Positions 19,296 to 27,923 of a stretch of DNA of 64,000 nucleotides are shown here, in pieces. The stretch is from a virus (taxonomy: Duplodnaviria > Caudoviricetes): positions 1-64,000 of IMG/VR virus record IMGVR_UViG_3300013947_000024. One strand, written 5' to 3'. Positions within the stretch are counted from its first letter, which is position 1. Each line of letters starts with the position of its first letter. The notes under the pieces were generated by a model. That model saw nothing but the letters and a program-made list of their open reading frames with translations. It was not told the origin of the DNA and ran no database searches. Both the position numbers and the translations under genes were made by a program.

Positions 19296-21218
19296 ATGGA
19301 TATTTCTGTCAAACTTGACAAAAACTTTACAACGCAGTTTAATAAGCTGAAAGAAAAATATGGCGATAAAATGCTTTCCATTAACGGTTTCGCAGAAAAG
19401 AACCTCAACCTCTCTGGGTTTATTGACAATTTTGTGGATTCCGAGAATACGGCAAACTCCACTATTGACGCTAATGCAAATGTTCAATCAAAAGATATTG
19501 TAAATTTGATGAACGAAATCTCAAAGCCGTATCTAAAGCTCCTTGGATATAATAAACTGTTTTATGAGATGAATAAAAAATACGGTTATCAGCGTGCTTG
19601 CGAGATGTTAGAGGCTGAATGGAGAGGGGATATTTTTATCCACAACTCTTCTGATATTAGTTTTCGCCCCTATTGTTTTAATTACGATCTTGAATCACTT
19701 GCGACAAAGGGAATGTTCTTCATCGGGAATCTTAAGACAAAACCAGCACAACACCTTTCGACATTCTGCGATCATCTTCTCGAATTCATTTCGTGGGTAA
19801 GTAACAGGCAGAGCGGGGCGGCTGGTATTGCAAACGCTCTTATGTGGTTATATTGGTTCTGGAAGAACGATGTCTCCAACGGACATTATATCAAATCCCC
19901 TGAATATTATAGAGATCAGTGTTTTCAGAAATTCATCTTCGACCTCAATATGCCATACCTACGTCTGACGCAATGTAGCTATACGAACTGTTCCGTTTAC
20001 GATAGAACATACTGCGAAGAGATGTTTGGCGATTTCGTATATCCCGATGGGCAACTCTTTATTGACTGCGTAGATGGCTTTATGGACTTCCAGAAGGCTT
20101 TTATGGAAATGCTGTCTAAGATGAGAGAGACGAATCTTTTCACATACCCCGTAATGACTTATTGCCTCGTATACAGAAACGGCAAGTTTGAAGACGAAGA
20201 ATTTGCAAGATATTGTTCTGAGCATAATATGAGATGGGCTGACGCAAACTTCTTAATCTCTCCCAACACCACCTCCGCCGCAAGCTGTTGTCGACTTCTT
20301 TCTTCTGTTACCGATCTTAAAGAAAATAAGCTACATGGCGTCATGAATTCCATCGGAGGCTCTTCTCTTGATATTGGTAGCGTTTCTGTTGTAACAATGA
20401 ATCTTGCTGGATATGCAGAACAGGCACAGACAACAGACGACTTCTTTGAAATTCTCGACAAGAATATCAGACTTGTTATTGATACAAACGATGTGATTCG
20501 TGGCATCATTAAGAGAAATGTAGACAAGGGGCTTCTCCCTAATTACAAGTATGGACTTATGAAATTTAATCGACAGTTCTCTACCATCGGTCTTAATGGT
20601 TTGTGGGAATCAGCGAAGAAATTCGGTCTTGCTAAACAAGATGAATTCGGGTATTGGGATTACACAGACGAAGGCGTAGAATTTGCCTCTCGTGTTCTTG
20701 ATACCATCAACGCAATCAAAGATAGCTATGATTTTGAATATTCCATCAATGTTGAACAAACGCCGATGGAGAACGGCGCTATCAAAGTGGCGACGAAAAA
20801 CCAGATTTTGTACGGGACTACCGACTATATTACTGGCAATCAGTGGATTGCTCTGAAAGACAAGGCATCGATTAAAGCGAGAACGCGTATCGCTGGAATT
20901 CTTGATAACAAGTGTGGCGGAGGTTGCATTACACATATTCAGATTGATGCGCCATTTAGCGATGAAGAGCAAGCATGGAAATCTCTAAATTATATCGCAA
21001 GACAGGGTGTTATCTATTTTGCGTTTAACCTTAAAATTAACACAGACAACGAACATCATAGTTTTACATCTGGCGTTTGCCCTATTTGTCTTTCTTCCCC
21101 GACCGATACATATCAAAGATGTGTTGGATACCTTGTGCCAACGAAGTCTTGGAGCGACGGTCGCAAGAGAGAACTTTCCGAGAGAGATTGGATGAATCTG
21201 AATGATGTTATTCTGTGA
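19296..21218 (+). CDS. nrdD: Class III (anaerobic) ribonucleotide reductase
   Basis: PYC, QSGA, FTYPV, SCCRL finger loop, EQTPME, GGG.I.H, CPIC and glycyl-radical RCVGY motifs. Confidence 0.92.
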   Translation: MDISVKLDKNFTTQFNKLKEKYGDKMLSINGFAEKNLNLSGFIDNFVDSENTANSTIDANANVQSKDIVNLMNEISKPYLKLLGYNKLFYEMNKKYGYQRACEMLEAEWRGDIFIHNSSDISFRPYCFNYDLESLATKGMFFIGNLKTKPAQHLSTFCDHLLEFISWVSNRQSGAAGIANALMWLYWFWKNDVSNGHYIKSPEYYRDQCFQKFIFDLNMPYLRLTQCSYTNCSVYDRTYCEEMFGDFVYPDGQLFIDCVDGFMDFQKAFMEMLSKMRETNLFTYPVMTYCLVYRNGKFEDEEFARYCSEHNMRWADANFLISPNTTSAASCCRLLSSVTDLKENKLHGVMNSIGGSSLDIGSVSVVTMNLAGYAEQAQTTDDFFEILDKNIRLVIDTNDVIRGIIKRNVDKGLLPNYKYGLMKFNRQFSTIGLNGLWESAKKFGLAKQDEFGYWDYTDEGVEFASRVLDTINAIKDSYDFEYSINVEQTPMENGAIKVATKNQILYGTTDYITGNQWIALKDKASIKARTRIAGILDNKCGGGCITHIQIDAPFSDEEQAWKSLNYIARQGVIYFAFNLKINTDNEHHSFTSGVCPICLSSPTDTYQRCVGYLVPTKSWSDGRKRELSERDWMNLNDVIL

Positions 21219-21227
21219 GGGCGCATA

Positions 21228-21701
21228 ATGAAACTTAAAGGACTTGTAGACGACGATTTCGTTAATTACAAAAAGTGCTCTATGTTTCTTATCTTCCCTT
21301 ATTGTTCTTTTAAGTGTGAGCGTGAATGCGGTAAGAGGATTTGTCAAAACAGTCCTCTTGCTACCGCTCCTATTATCGAAATATCTGAAGATGATATTGT
21401 GAGGCGCTTTTTGAATGATGATATGGAAGAGGCAATTGTTGCTGGCGGTCTTGAGCCGATGGATTCTTTTGATGAGTTGGTTTCTCTTGTTACGAAGCTC
21501 CGTGAAAAGACCTACTGCGATTTCGTAATTTATACTGGCTACAACAAAGAAGAAATCGAAGACAAGATTGAACAGTTAAAACAATTCCCTAATATCATTA
21601 TTAAATATGGAAGATTCATTCCAGATCAACCACATCACAACGACCTTGTTCTCGGAGTAGAATTGGCTTCTCCAAATCAATATGCAGAGAGGATTTCATA
21701 A
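21228..21701 (+). CDS. nrdG: Radical-SAM RNR activase
   Basis: DFVNY, Cys cluster CSFKCERECGKRICQN, GGLEP, YTGY, GRF, SPNQ. Confidence 0.88.
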   Translation: MKLKGLVDDDFVNYKKCSMFLIFPYCSFKCERECGKRICQNSPLATAPIIEISEDDIVRRFLNDDMEEAIVAGGLEPMDSFDELVSLVTKLREKTYCDFVIYTGYNKEEIEDKIEQLKQFPNIIIKYGRFIPDQPHHNDLVLGVELASPNQYAERIS

Positions 21702-21702
21702 G

Positions 21703-21906
21703 ATGTTAAGAGTAAGATTAAGTGAAGACACAGACCTTGTTAATTCCATTAGAGCAAAACTGAAAGAGAATTCGGGTTATTGCCCGTGCGCTCTTAAAAA
21801 GACAGAAGATACAAAGTGTATGTGTAAATATTTTAGAGATATGATTGAGGCAAAAGCTGTTGGTGAATATTGTCATTGCGGGCTGTATCACATTGTAGAA
21901 GAATAA
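21703..21906 (+). CDS. Ferredoxin:thioredoxin reductase catalytic-subunit-like protein
   Basis: GYCPC...CMC...CHCGLY is the FTR-c CPC/CxC/CHC signature. Confidence 0.85.
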   Translation: MLRVRLSEDTDLVNSIRAKLKENSGYCPCALKKTEDTKCMCKYFRDMIEAKAVGEYCHCGLYHIVEE

Positions 21907-21912
21907 CATCGG

Positions 21913-21943
21913 AAAGAGGAGACTAAAAATCTCCTCTTTTTTT
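21913..21943 (+). terminator. Rho-independent terminator
   Basis: AAAGAGGAGA/TCTCCTCTTT stem plus T run. Confidence 0.8.
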
Positions 21944-21946
21944 GTA

Positions 21947-21981
21947 AAGTAGTTGACTTTTACGATTTTGTGTGATAGAAT
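21947..21981 (+). promoter_or_regulatory. SigA-type promoter (P3)
   Basis: AAGTAG-TTGACT 21953-21958, 17 bp spacer, TG-n-TAGAAT 21976-21981. Confidence 0.8.
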
Positions 21982-22014
21982 ATAGTCACCAAGAACGAAA
22001 GAGGAGATAAACCA

Positions 22015-22347
22015 ATGAAAGCAATCACCATTCGCGTATTCAAAAACGATTTGTTTACAAACTGTTCCGCAGGAGGAATTTCCGAAAGGTACGATACCCT
22101 GTATTTTCTGTGCGATGATGGGTACATTGATATTCCCGATGATAATGTTCCCGAAAACACTGTTGTTTTTGTAAGGCGCAATGTTGGCGGGAGAGATTGT
22201 GGATGTCTTCGTCCCTATCACGCACCCACAGAACATATCCCGTTCTACTGCTTTGGAGGAGCATACGGAGCGACTTCTGACGCAAGATTCAACAAAGTAA
22301 CGCAAATTTATGGAGCCGTTCCGATTCACGATAGAGTCGAATCTTAA
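22015..22347 (+). CDS. Hypothetical early phage protein
   Basis: First ORF after P3; GGIS, FGG...SD.RF, HDR.E motifs. Confidence 0.6.
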   Translation: MKAITIRVFKNDLFTNCSAGGISERYDTLYFLCDDGYIDIPDDNVPENTVVFVRRNVGGRDCGCLRPYHAPTEHIPFYCFGGAYGATSDARFNKVTQIYGAVPIHDRVES

Positions 22348-22370
22348 CAACAAACACAAAGGAGTAAAAC

Positions 22371-22589
22371 ATGAATAAAGAAATTTTTGAAGGACTTTCT
22401 ATCGACGAGCTTCAAACGGCTCTCGGAGTCATGGATTTTTGCGAAGAAGAGCATTTCGACGAAGAGCTTACTGAGGATATGATTGACTATAGTCTTCATT
22501 CTGATAGTGAGGAATGGTCTGATGGCAAGAAGTATTCGTCTATGAGCGAGTTCTGGAAGGAATTCAACGCGGAGGGTGATGGAGTATGA
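22371..22589 (+). CDS. Putative DinJ/RelB-like antitoxin lacking the RHH domain
   Basis: Small, acidic; C-terminal GKKYSSMSEFWKEF resembles the DinJ/RelB toxin-binding tail; ATGA overlap with the YafQ-like gene. Confidence 0.55.
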   Translation: MNKEIFEGLSIDELQTALGVMDFCEEEHFDEELTEDMIDYSLHSDSEEWSDGKKYSSMSEFWKEFNAEGDGV

Positions 22590-23758
22590 GAAGCATTGTC
22601 ATTTCTCCAAAGTTTAAGAAGCATTTGAAGAAGGTTGTCAAATACCCGAAATTCAATCAAAGCCTTCTTGACGACACGGTAGGAAAGATTCAGAACGGAG
22701 AGAAACTTGACACCAAACTTCGCGACCACGTGGCGTCTAAATCTTCCCCGAGAGAATTGCTGGGGACGAGAATTCTTCATCTTTCTCCGAACATCTGTAT
22801 GATCTACAAGCTGTCTGACGACGCGGTAACACTATTAGACATCGGCTCGCATCAAGACACAGGATTAACGGAGGACGCAATGAAATTTTTGTCAGTAGAA
22901 GCAAGCGATGATATTTTCGCAAAGGCAAAGCTCACAGAGGATGTTCTTACAGAAGACAAGGTTGTTAAATTCAACGGTCAGACAAATCCGCCCTATGGAT
23001 GGTGTGTGATTCTGTGCGGTGGCTCTGGAATCGGAAAGTCTACTGCGGCTGATTTGCTTGTTCCTATCAATGCAAGAAGATATGATGTAGACGCTCTTAA
23101 ATCCGACAGATTCTACAAGATTTCATATGATGGAGACGACCATACCATCACCTTTAACAATGGCGAGAGCTATGTTCTTGAAGACGAGGGCATCTTCGAG
23201 CCTTATGATATGCAGAATCCTGATTTTGTTAGTTGGCTTCATCAAAAGAGACGCCCTATGGCAAAGAAGCTAAAGAAGTCTATTTTTAAGGCGGGAGAGT
23301 ATGCCGACAAGGAGAGACTTCCTAATATTCTGTTTGACATCACAGGTAAGGATGTTGAGGATTTTGAATCTATCATTTCCGAAGTTAAGCCCATCGGTTA
23401 CAAGGTTGCTGTTGTGTGGGTTCTTGGAGAGATTAAACAGGCTATTTCACAGAATGAGAAGAGAGCAAGACAGGTACCTCGTGATGTGCTCTTGAAGGCT
23501 CATAGAGGCGTTTTCACTGCAATTGGTGATATTGCTATGGACGCCAAGTTGTTCTCGCAAATTGACGAATTCTGGGTCATTCTACAAAGCGTTTTCGATG
23601 TCGGCGACCCTAACGATGTAGACAGATACAGAAAGCTCGCCAATGTATATAAGATTGCGCGGAGAGGCGACGCGCTTATGCTACCCGACAAGGTTAAGCA
23701 GATGTACGACGACCAAATTCGCGAAATCGCAAAACTAATTTCAGAAAGGGAGGATTAA
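22586..23758 (+). CDS. YafQ/RelE-family RNase fused to a zeta-toxin/AAA_33-like P-loop kinase
   Basis: N-terminal ~95 aa has FKK..KK, RDH, R.LH..P...IY, GSH (YafQ). C-terminal part has GGSGIGKST, DVD, D.TG, N..R.R.VP. Confidence 0.75.
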   Translation: MRSIVISPKFKKHLKKVVKYPKFNQSLLDDTVGKIQNGEKLDTKLRDHVASKSSPRELLGTRILHLSPNICMIYKLSDDAVTLLDIGSHQDTGLTEDAMKFLSVEASDDIFAKAKLTEDVLTEDKVVKFNGQTNPPYGWCVILCGGSGIGKSTAADLLVPINARRYDVDALKSDRFYKISYDGDDHTITFNNGESYVLEDEGIFEPYDMQNPDFVSWLHQKRRPMAKKLKKSIFKAGEYADKERLPNILFDITGKDVEDFESIISEVKPIGYKVAVVWVLGEIKQAISQNEKRARQVPRDVLLKAHRGVFTAIGDIAMDAKLFSQIDEFWVILQSVFDVGDPNDVDRYRKLANVYKIARRGDALMLPDKVKQMYDDQIREIAKLISERED

Positions 23759-23761
23759 AAA

Positions 23762-23953
23762 ATGCAGAAAAATGATTGTGTATGTGTCCCGCATCTTGAC
23801 ATGGATGGTAAAATGACATTCACTGTGAAATGCGAGTCCGATCCGCTGTTTGCTGGATATGGAGATACTGTTGCTGAGGCAATTGACAATGCACACGCAA
23901 ACAAGCTTCGCCATCTTGAAGCGCTGAGCAAGATTAAAGACGAGGAGAAGTAA
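23762..23953 (+). CDS. HicB-like antitoxin domain (orphan)
   Basis: GYGDTVAEAIDNA matches the HicB GxTxEEAxxN motif; no DNA-binding domain. Confidence 0.6.
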   Translation: MQKNDCVCVPHLDMDGKMTFTVKCESDPLFAGYGDTVAEAIDNAHANKLRHLEALSKIKDEEK

Positions 23954-23955
23954 AG

Positions 23956-24189
23956 ATGGATCGCAAAAGAAACCTCACGATAAAGTATGAGACGCTTACT
24001 CACACCGATGGCAAACTCTACTACATTGTGAGATGCGGTGGCGTTGTTGGGTTCATTGGGAGCGGTGAAACATTCATTGAAGCCATAGAAAACGCGTATA
24101 CCAACGCTAAGAGACTTGAGAAAATTCTCAAGCGAAACAGGCTTAGAGGGAAACAAGAGCATGACAAACAACATTCGAGTAATTGTTAA
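23956..24189 (+). CDS. Second HicB-like antitoxin domain (orphan)
   Basis: GFIGSGETFIEAIENA. Confidence 0.55.
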   Translation: MDRKRNLTIKYETLTHTDGKLYYIVRCGGVVGFIGSGETFIEAIENAYTNAKRLEKILKRNRLRGKQEHDKQHSSNC

Positions 24190-24631
24190 GTACTACAATG
24201 TCAATAGCCGAAAAATCGAAGACTATGATGTTCTTCTTCGTAGGATGGATGACGTAAAGAAACTGAAAAAGAAGTCTCTTAACAAAGCGGGGTTCGCCGA
24301 TGCGCTTAAAAGAGAATTCATGTGGAGATTTTGGTCAAAAGCAGAGTGGGAGCTTATTGTCACCAAAACCGAGGAGGGTAGAATTATTCTATCACCTTGG
24401 TGTGGGTGCTCAGACCCCGATTCCGTAGCGATTGATGTCACGGATGATACAAGTTTCGATTGGGTTGGATTTGCGGATGAAAATATTCGCGAGCAGATTT
24501 TTAAGAATAAGGCAAAGATTGATATTTATGACCAGATTATGTACGGAGACAGATTTGCCAATCTTGTTGACGAATTGTGGCACACGCGACTTCGTTACGA
24601 GCGCGACAACCCTAAATTTCACGAGGTGTAA
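24161..24631 (+). CDS. Hypothetical phage protein
   Basis: FWSKAEWE and KIDIYDQI motifs; SD before ATG 24161. Confidence 0.6.
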   Translation: MTNNIRVIVKYYNVNSRKIEDYDVLLRRMDDVKKLKKKSLNKAGFADALKREFMWRFWSKAEWELIVTKTEEGRIILSPWCGCSDPDSVAIDVTDDTSFDWVGFADENIREQIFKNKAKIDIYDQIMYGDRFANLVDELWHTRLRYERDNPKFHEV

Positions 24632-24633
24632 GC

Positions 24634-24789
24634 ATGAGCGCGATGACAATCTTTTTAATCGTGATCTCTGCAGTCGTTGCTCTATGTGTTGTACTTGGCA
24701 CATGGTGCGTTATGGCAATTGCTGGTAGAGAATCAAGAATGGAAGAACAATTTTGGAAGGAGAATAACGAAGATGACAGAAGAGATTAA
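24634..24789 (+). CDS. Small single-pass membrane protein (51 aa, not in ORF track)
   Basis: MSAMTIFLIVISAVVALCVVLGTWCVMAIAG...; GAGGTG SD. Confidence 0.55.
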   Translation: MSAMTIFLIVISAVVALCVVLGTWCVMAIAGRESRMEEQFWKENNEDDRRD

Positions 24790-25072
24790 AAATGAAGCGG
24801 TGACAAATGAAAAAGAGCCGTATGTAGCAAGACTCTCTCACATGCAGTTGGACGTTTACCAGCAGAACGCGATTTGTTCTTGCGGTGGGTTTGTTAATGC
24901 GGTTGGCACGAGATCGGAAAACGGTACGACAGCATTTGTGAGCAGATGCACGAAGTGTGGGCATGAATACCTTCTTGCGTATGAATTCCCGAGACTTGTT
25001 TATCAGAGACGAGGAGATCGCGCTCCTGAAGATGTGATGCTTGGCAATCCGAACAAGAAGGTTGAGGAGTAA
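24773..25072 (+). CDS. Zn-ribbon protein
   Basis: CSCGG...CTKCGH; AAGGAG SD. Confidence 0.55.
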   Translation: MTEEIKNEAVTNEKEPYVARLSHMQLDVYQQNAICSCGGFVNAVGTRSENGTTAFVSRCTKCGHEYLLAYEFPRLVYQRRGDRAPEDVMLGNPNKKVEE

Positions 25073-25076
25073 AAAA

Positions 25077-25517
25077 ATGTCAAAGAAAAAGTTTTGGATT
25101 TTATCTCTTACATGGGGACTCCCCATGACCATTATCGGATTCTTTGCGTCCCTATTCCTACTGTGTACGGGACACAAGCCTGAATGGTTTGGCTATATGA
25201 TTCACTTCACTCTAAAATCTTCTAATGGGTGGGGAGTTAGCCTCGGACCTGTTATTATCACCACGAACGACTGCAAAGATGACATCGATATTCTCTCTCA
25301 TGAGTGTGGTCACTCCTCTTATCAGATGTTTTGGTTTGGGTGGTTCTTCCCGTTCATTGTCTCTATTCCTTCGGCTATCAGATTCTGGCATAGATACTAT
25401 CTACTGAATCATGGTAAGCATCTTTGGGAACTCACTCCGTACAATAGTGTGTGGTTTGAAAGAACAGCCACGGATTACGGCAAGAAATTTGTTGAAATCA
25501 TGAATAACAACGCTTAA
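25077..25517 (+). CDS. Membrane protein with HExxH metallopeptidase-like motif
   Basis: Two hydrophobic segments; HECGH and downstream FE..A. Confidence 0.6.
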   Translation: MSKKKFWILSLTWGLPMTIIGFFASLFLLCTGHKPEWFGYMIHFTLKSSNGWGVSLGPVIITTNDCKDDIDILSHECGHSSYQMFWFGWFFPFIVSIPSAIRFWHRYYLLNHGKHLWELTPYNSVWFERTATDYGKKFVEIMNNNA

Positions 25518-25522
25518 ACATG

Positions 25523-25559
25523 AAATCAGCTCGTCTTAAAAAGATGGGCTGATTTTTTT
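25523..25559 (+). terminator. Rho-independent terminator
   Basis: AATCAGCTCGTCT/AGATGGGCTGATT stem plus T run. Confidence 0.8.
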
Positions 25560-25563
25560 GTAA

Positions 25564-25598
25564 AAGTAGTTGACTTCTGCCTCTGAATATGGTACAAT
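25564..25598 (+). promoter_or_regulatory. SigA-type promoter (P4)
   Basis: AAGTAG-TTGACT 25570-25575, 17 bp spacer, TG-n-TACAAT 25593-25598. Confidence 0.8.
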
Positions 25599-25629
25599 AG
25601 AATCACCAAGGACGAAAGAGGTGTTAATC

Positions 25630-25812
25630 ATGAGGAATCCGCGATACTACGCGAAGAAGCAGAACAACAAGGGCTATCTTTACGACAGAGAATTCAGTGA
25701 TAATGTGCCGATGGCGGTTGAAACCACTTATGAGCTTGCAGAAGCCTACGCAAAGAGATACAACGAAGAGGAGGAATGGGATGATGATGAGTTTGACAGA
25801 GAAAATCGCTAA
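25630..25812 (+). CDS. Small hypothetical protein
   Basis: GAGGTG SD, first ORF after P4. Confidence 0.5.
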   Translation: MRNPRYYAKKQNNKGYLYDREFSDNVPMAVETTYELAEAYAKRYNEEEEWDDDEFDRENR

Positions 25813-26230
25813 CAAGCACAAAGGTTCTTTCGCGAGAATCTGTTATCAGGTGGAAGTCAAGCCTTCTGCCGCTAATTCCTCTCATACCATCAAGAAGGTG
25901 GCTACAACGACTGTTCGTGTCGGAGTGGCATATTCACACATTAAGAGCGTAAAAGAGCGTCAGAGCGAGTCTACGGGTGCCACAAGAGCACATTGGTGGA
26001 AGTGGGTTGATGGTCTTCGCAATATCATGAAGGAAAACCTGAAAGACCCCTCTAAGAAGTATTACACCTTCGCTACGGCAAGAAACGCACATACTCATAT
26101 TGATTACTTCGTAGATGGAAAGAATGCAACCGTAGAAGAAGTCAAAGCTCTTACCGTCCCTTCGTACTGGAATTCGAAAACAGTCGAGGTGTTCGATGTA
26201 AAAGCCGAAAACCTTCTGTGGGTCGCTTGA
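25787..26230 (+). CDS. Hypothetical basic protein
   Basis: Start approximate (MMMSLTEK). Confidence 0.55.
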   Translation: MSLTEKIANKHKGSFARICYQVEVKPSAANSSHTIKKVATTTVRVGVAYSHIKSVKERQSESTGATRAHWWKWVDGLRNIMKENLKDPSKKYYTFATARNAHTHIDYFVDGKNATVEEVKALTVPSYWNSKTVEVFDVKAENLLWVA

Positions 26231-26245
26231 TTGGAGGATATAGAC

Positions 26246-26446
26246 ATGTATAAGACTGGCGATTATGTGCGGTTCACAACCGATAGCATTCGCGAAAAAG
26301 ACGGAGAGCCTCACCCTACTGTTGGCACGGTTGGAAGAGTCATTTCAGTTCTTCGAAACACCAGAATTCTCTGCGTGAGACTGATCGACATTAAACAACC
26401 TCGAGACATCTGGTGGGTGCGAATGGACGATGTAGAGCCTGTGTAA
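26246..26446 (+). CDS. Small SH3/KOW-like beta-barrel protein
   Basis: YKTGDYVRF...GTVGRV; GGAGG SD. Confidence 0.5.
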   Translation: MYKTGDYVRFTTDSIREKDGEPHPTVGTVGRVISVLRNTRILCVRLIDIKQPRDIWWVRMDDVEPV

Positions 26447-26530
26447 CGGCAAAATAAACAAACAAAGTTAAAGAAAATCATAAATATCGGTTAATAATGA
26501 AGACTAAAACAAATAGTCAATAACACTCTG

Positions 26531-27541
26531 ATGGGAGCAGATATGAAAGAAGCACGCAGTAATATAGATGGTCATTCCACAAGAGGAGCATATAACTGTT
26601 ACGGCTATATTTCCAATAGCGTGAGATTTGATAAAGACAGAATGATTGTTAAATCTAAAAATCTCACAGAAGGAATTGATTGGGAAGTTGATAGAAGCCA
26701 ACTCGGCGGTATTATCGTTATCTCCACCGATGTAAATGCAATTAAGTTAAGTACCAACCAACTTAAAAACTGGATCAAACAGAAGTGGGAGACGCTTAAA
26801 AACAGAGTGTCTTACAACAAGAAGATTGACAGACTTTCCAAGAAGTACGGAGACATCTTCGCATGGACAATCGGAAGATATTTACATGGAAGATATAAAG
26901 CAGATAACGGCGCAGTGTTTGATGAGAATTCAATCTCTATCGAACTTCTTAATGTGCCAACAGATACAATCATTTCATTTGCAGAGGATCTGTGTTATGA
27001 CTTCTCACAGGAGACAGTTCTTGTAAAACTCTACGGAGAAGACAGAATCCTCTTCGTTAAACCCAAAACAGATTACAAATCCATTGATGGAAACAAATAC
27101 AAAGTAGAAAATCTTAAGGAGAATACACAAATGACAGAGCAGGAATTCAAAGATAAAGTAAAAGAGATTATCGAAGACATGGATAGAGGCGATCTTGTTT
27201 CCCTCTATAACGATTATGCGAGCGAGAATAACTACGAAGAAATTCACGACATGGACGATATTAACGATTATCTGAGTGGCATGGAGCCGAGAGATATTCT
27301 TAACAAAGCGTTCTACGGAGATTTCAATCCCTCTCATGATTACTTCAAGTTTAACGGCTATGACAATCTTGAATCCACTGATTACCCCGAAGACAGCTGG
27401 ATTGATAAAGATGAGCTTGCAGACTTCATTTTTGACGAGAAGGATGGCTCCTACTACGAATTCGATGATAAGATTCAGGAAGTCATTGATGAATACAACG
27501 GTTCTGACGAAGCAGATGCCGAAGAAGAGGATGAAGACTGA
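26531..27541 (+). CDS. Multidomain protein: SAM-lyase-like domain + acidic putative DNA-mimic domain
   Basis: IIVIS...GRY...DENS...AEDLCYDFSQETVLV resembles T3 SAMase (VLVS...GCY...EE...ARLACNEWEQDCVLV). C-terminal ~135 aa is highly acidic, with FNPSHDYFKFNGYDNLES. Confidence 0.55.
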   Translation: MGADMKEARSNIDGHSTRGAYNCYGYISNSVRFDKDRMIVKSKNLTEGIDWEVDRSQLGGIIVISTDVNAIKLSTNQLKNWIKQKWETLKNRVSYNKKIDRLSKKYGDIFAWTIGRYLHGRYKADNGAVFDENSISIELLNVPTDTIISFAEDLCYDFSQETVLVKLYGEDRILFVKPKTDYKSIDGNKYKVENLKENTQMTEQEFKDKVKEIIEDMDRGDLVSLYNDYASENNYEEIHDMDDINDYLSGMEPRDILNKAFYGDFNPSHDYFKFNGYDNLESTDYPEDSWIDKDELADFIFDEKDGSYYEFDDKIQEVIDEYNGSDEADAEEEDED

Positions 27542-27918
27542 TGACTCTCACATATAACTACGGCGGGGACATGGACATCTACGGAGAAGATTTTGAATAT
27601 GATGTAGACCCTCTTAAGGATGGAGTATACGGACAAATGCTTCAGGACGAGAGAGAAGAAATGATTCATATCATCTTCGACGAAATCCTTACCGATAAAG
27701 AAAAAGAAGAGATTAAAGCCTCGTTTGGAGAAGATGATTTTCCCGAAATCAAAACCATGGACGATGTAGTGAAGTGGTATACAGCTAAAGAAAACTCTAA
27801 AGAGGCTAATGAGCTTATTTCTGAATACGAAGAAGACTTAATGGAAGACAGTGACTGGTTCCACGATTATGTCTATGCGCAATATGAAGAAGAGGCAAGA
27901 GATGCCTACGAAGGATAA
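27541..27918 (+). CDS. Highly acidic protein, putative DNA mimic
   Basis: Very D/E-rich with aromatic residues. Confidence 0.5.
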   Translation: MTLTYNYGGDMDIYGEDFEYDVDPLKDGVYGQMLQDEREEMIHIIFDEILTDKEKEEIKASFGEDDFPEIKTMDDVVKWYTAKENSKEANELISEYEEDLMEDSDWFHDYVYAQYEEEARDAYEG

Positions 27919-27923
27919 AAAGA

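Noticed and set aside
19296-21218. Intron or intein in nrdD, recA or dnaE
   Set aside because: Lengths are normal and motifs contiguous; no splice signatures seen.
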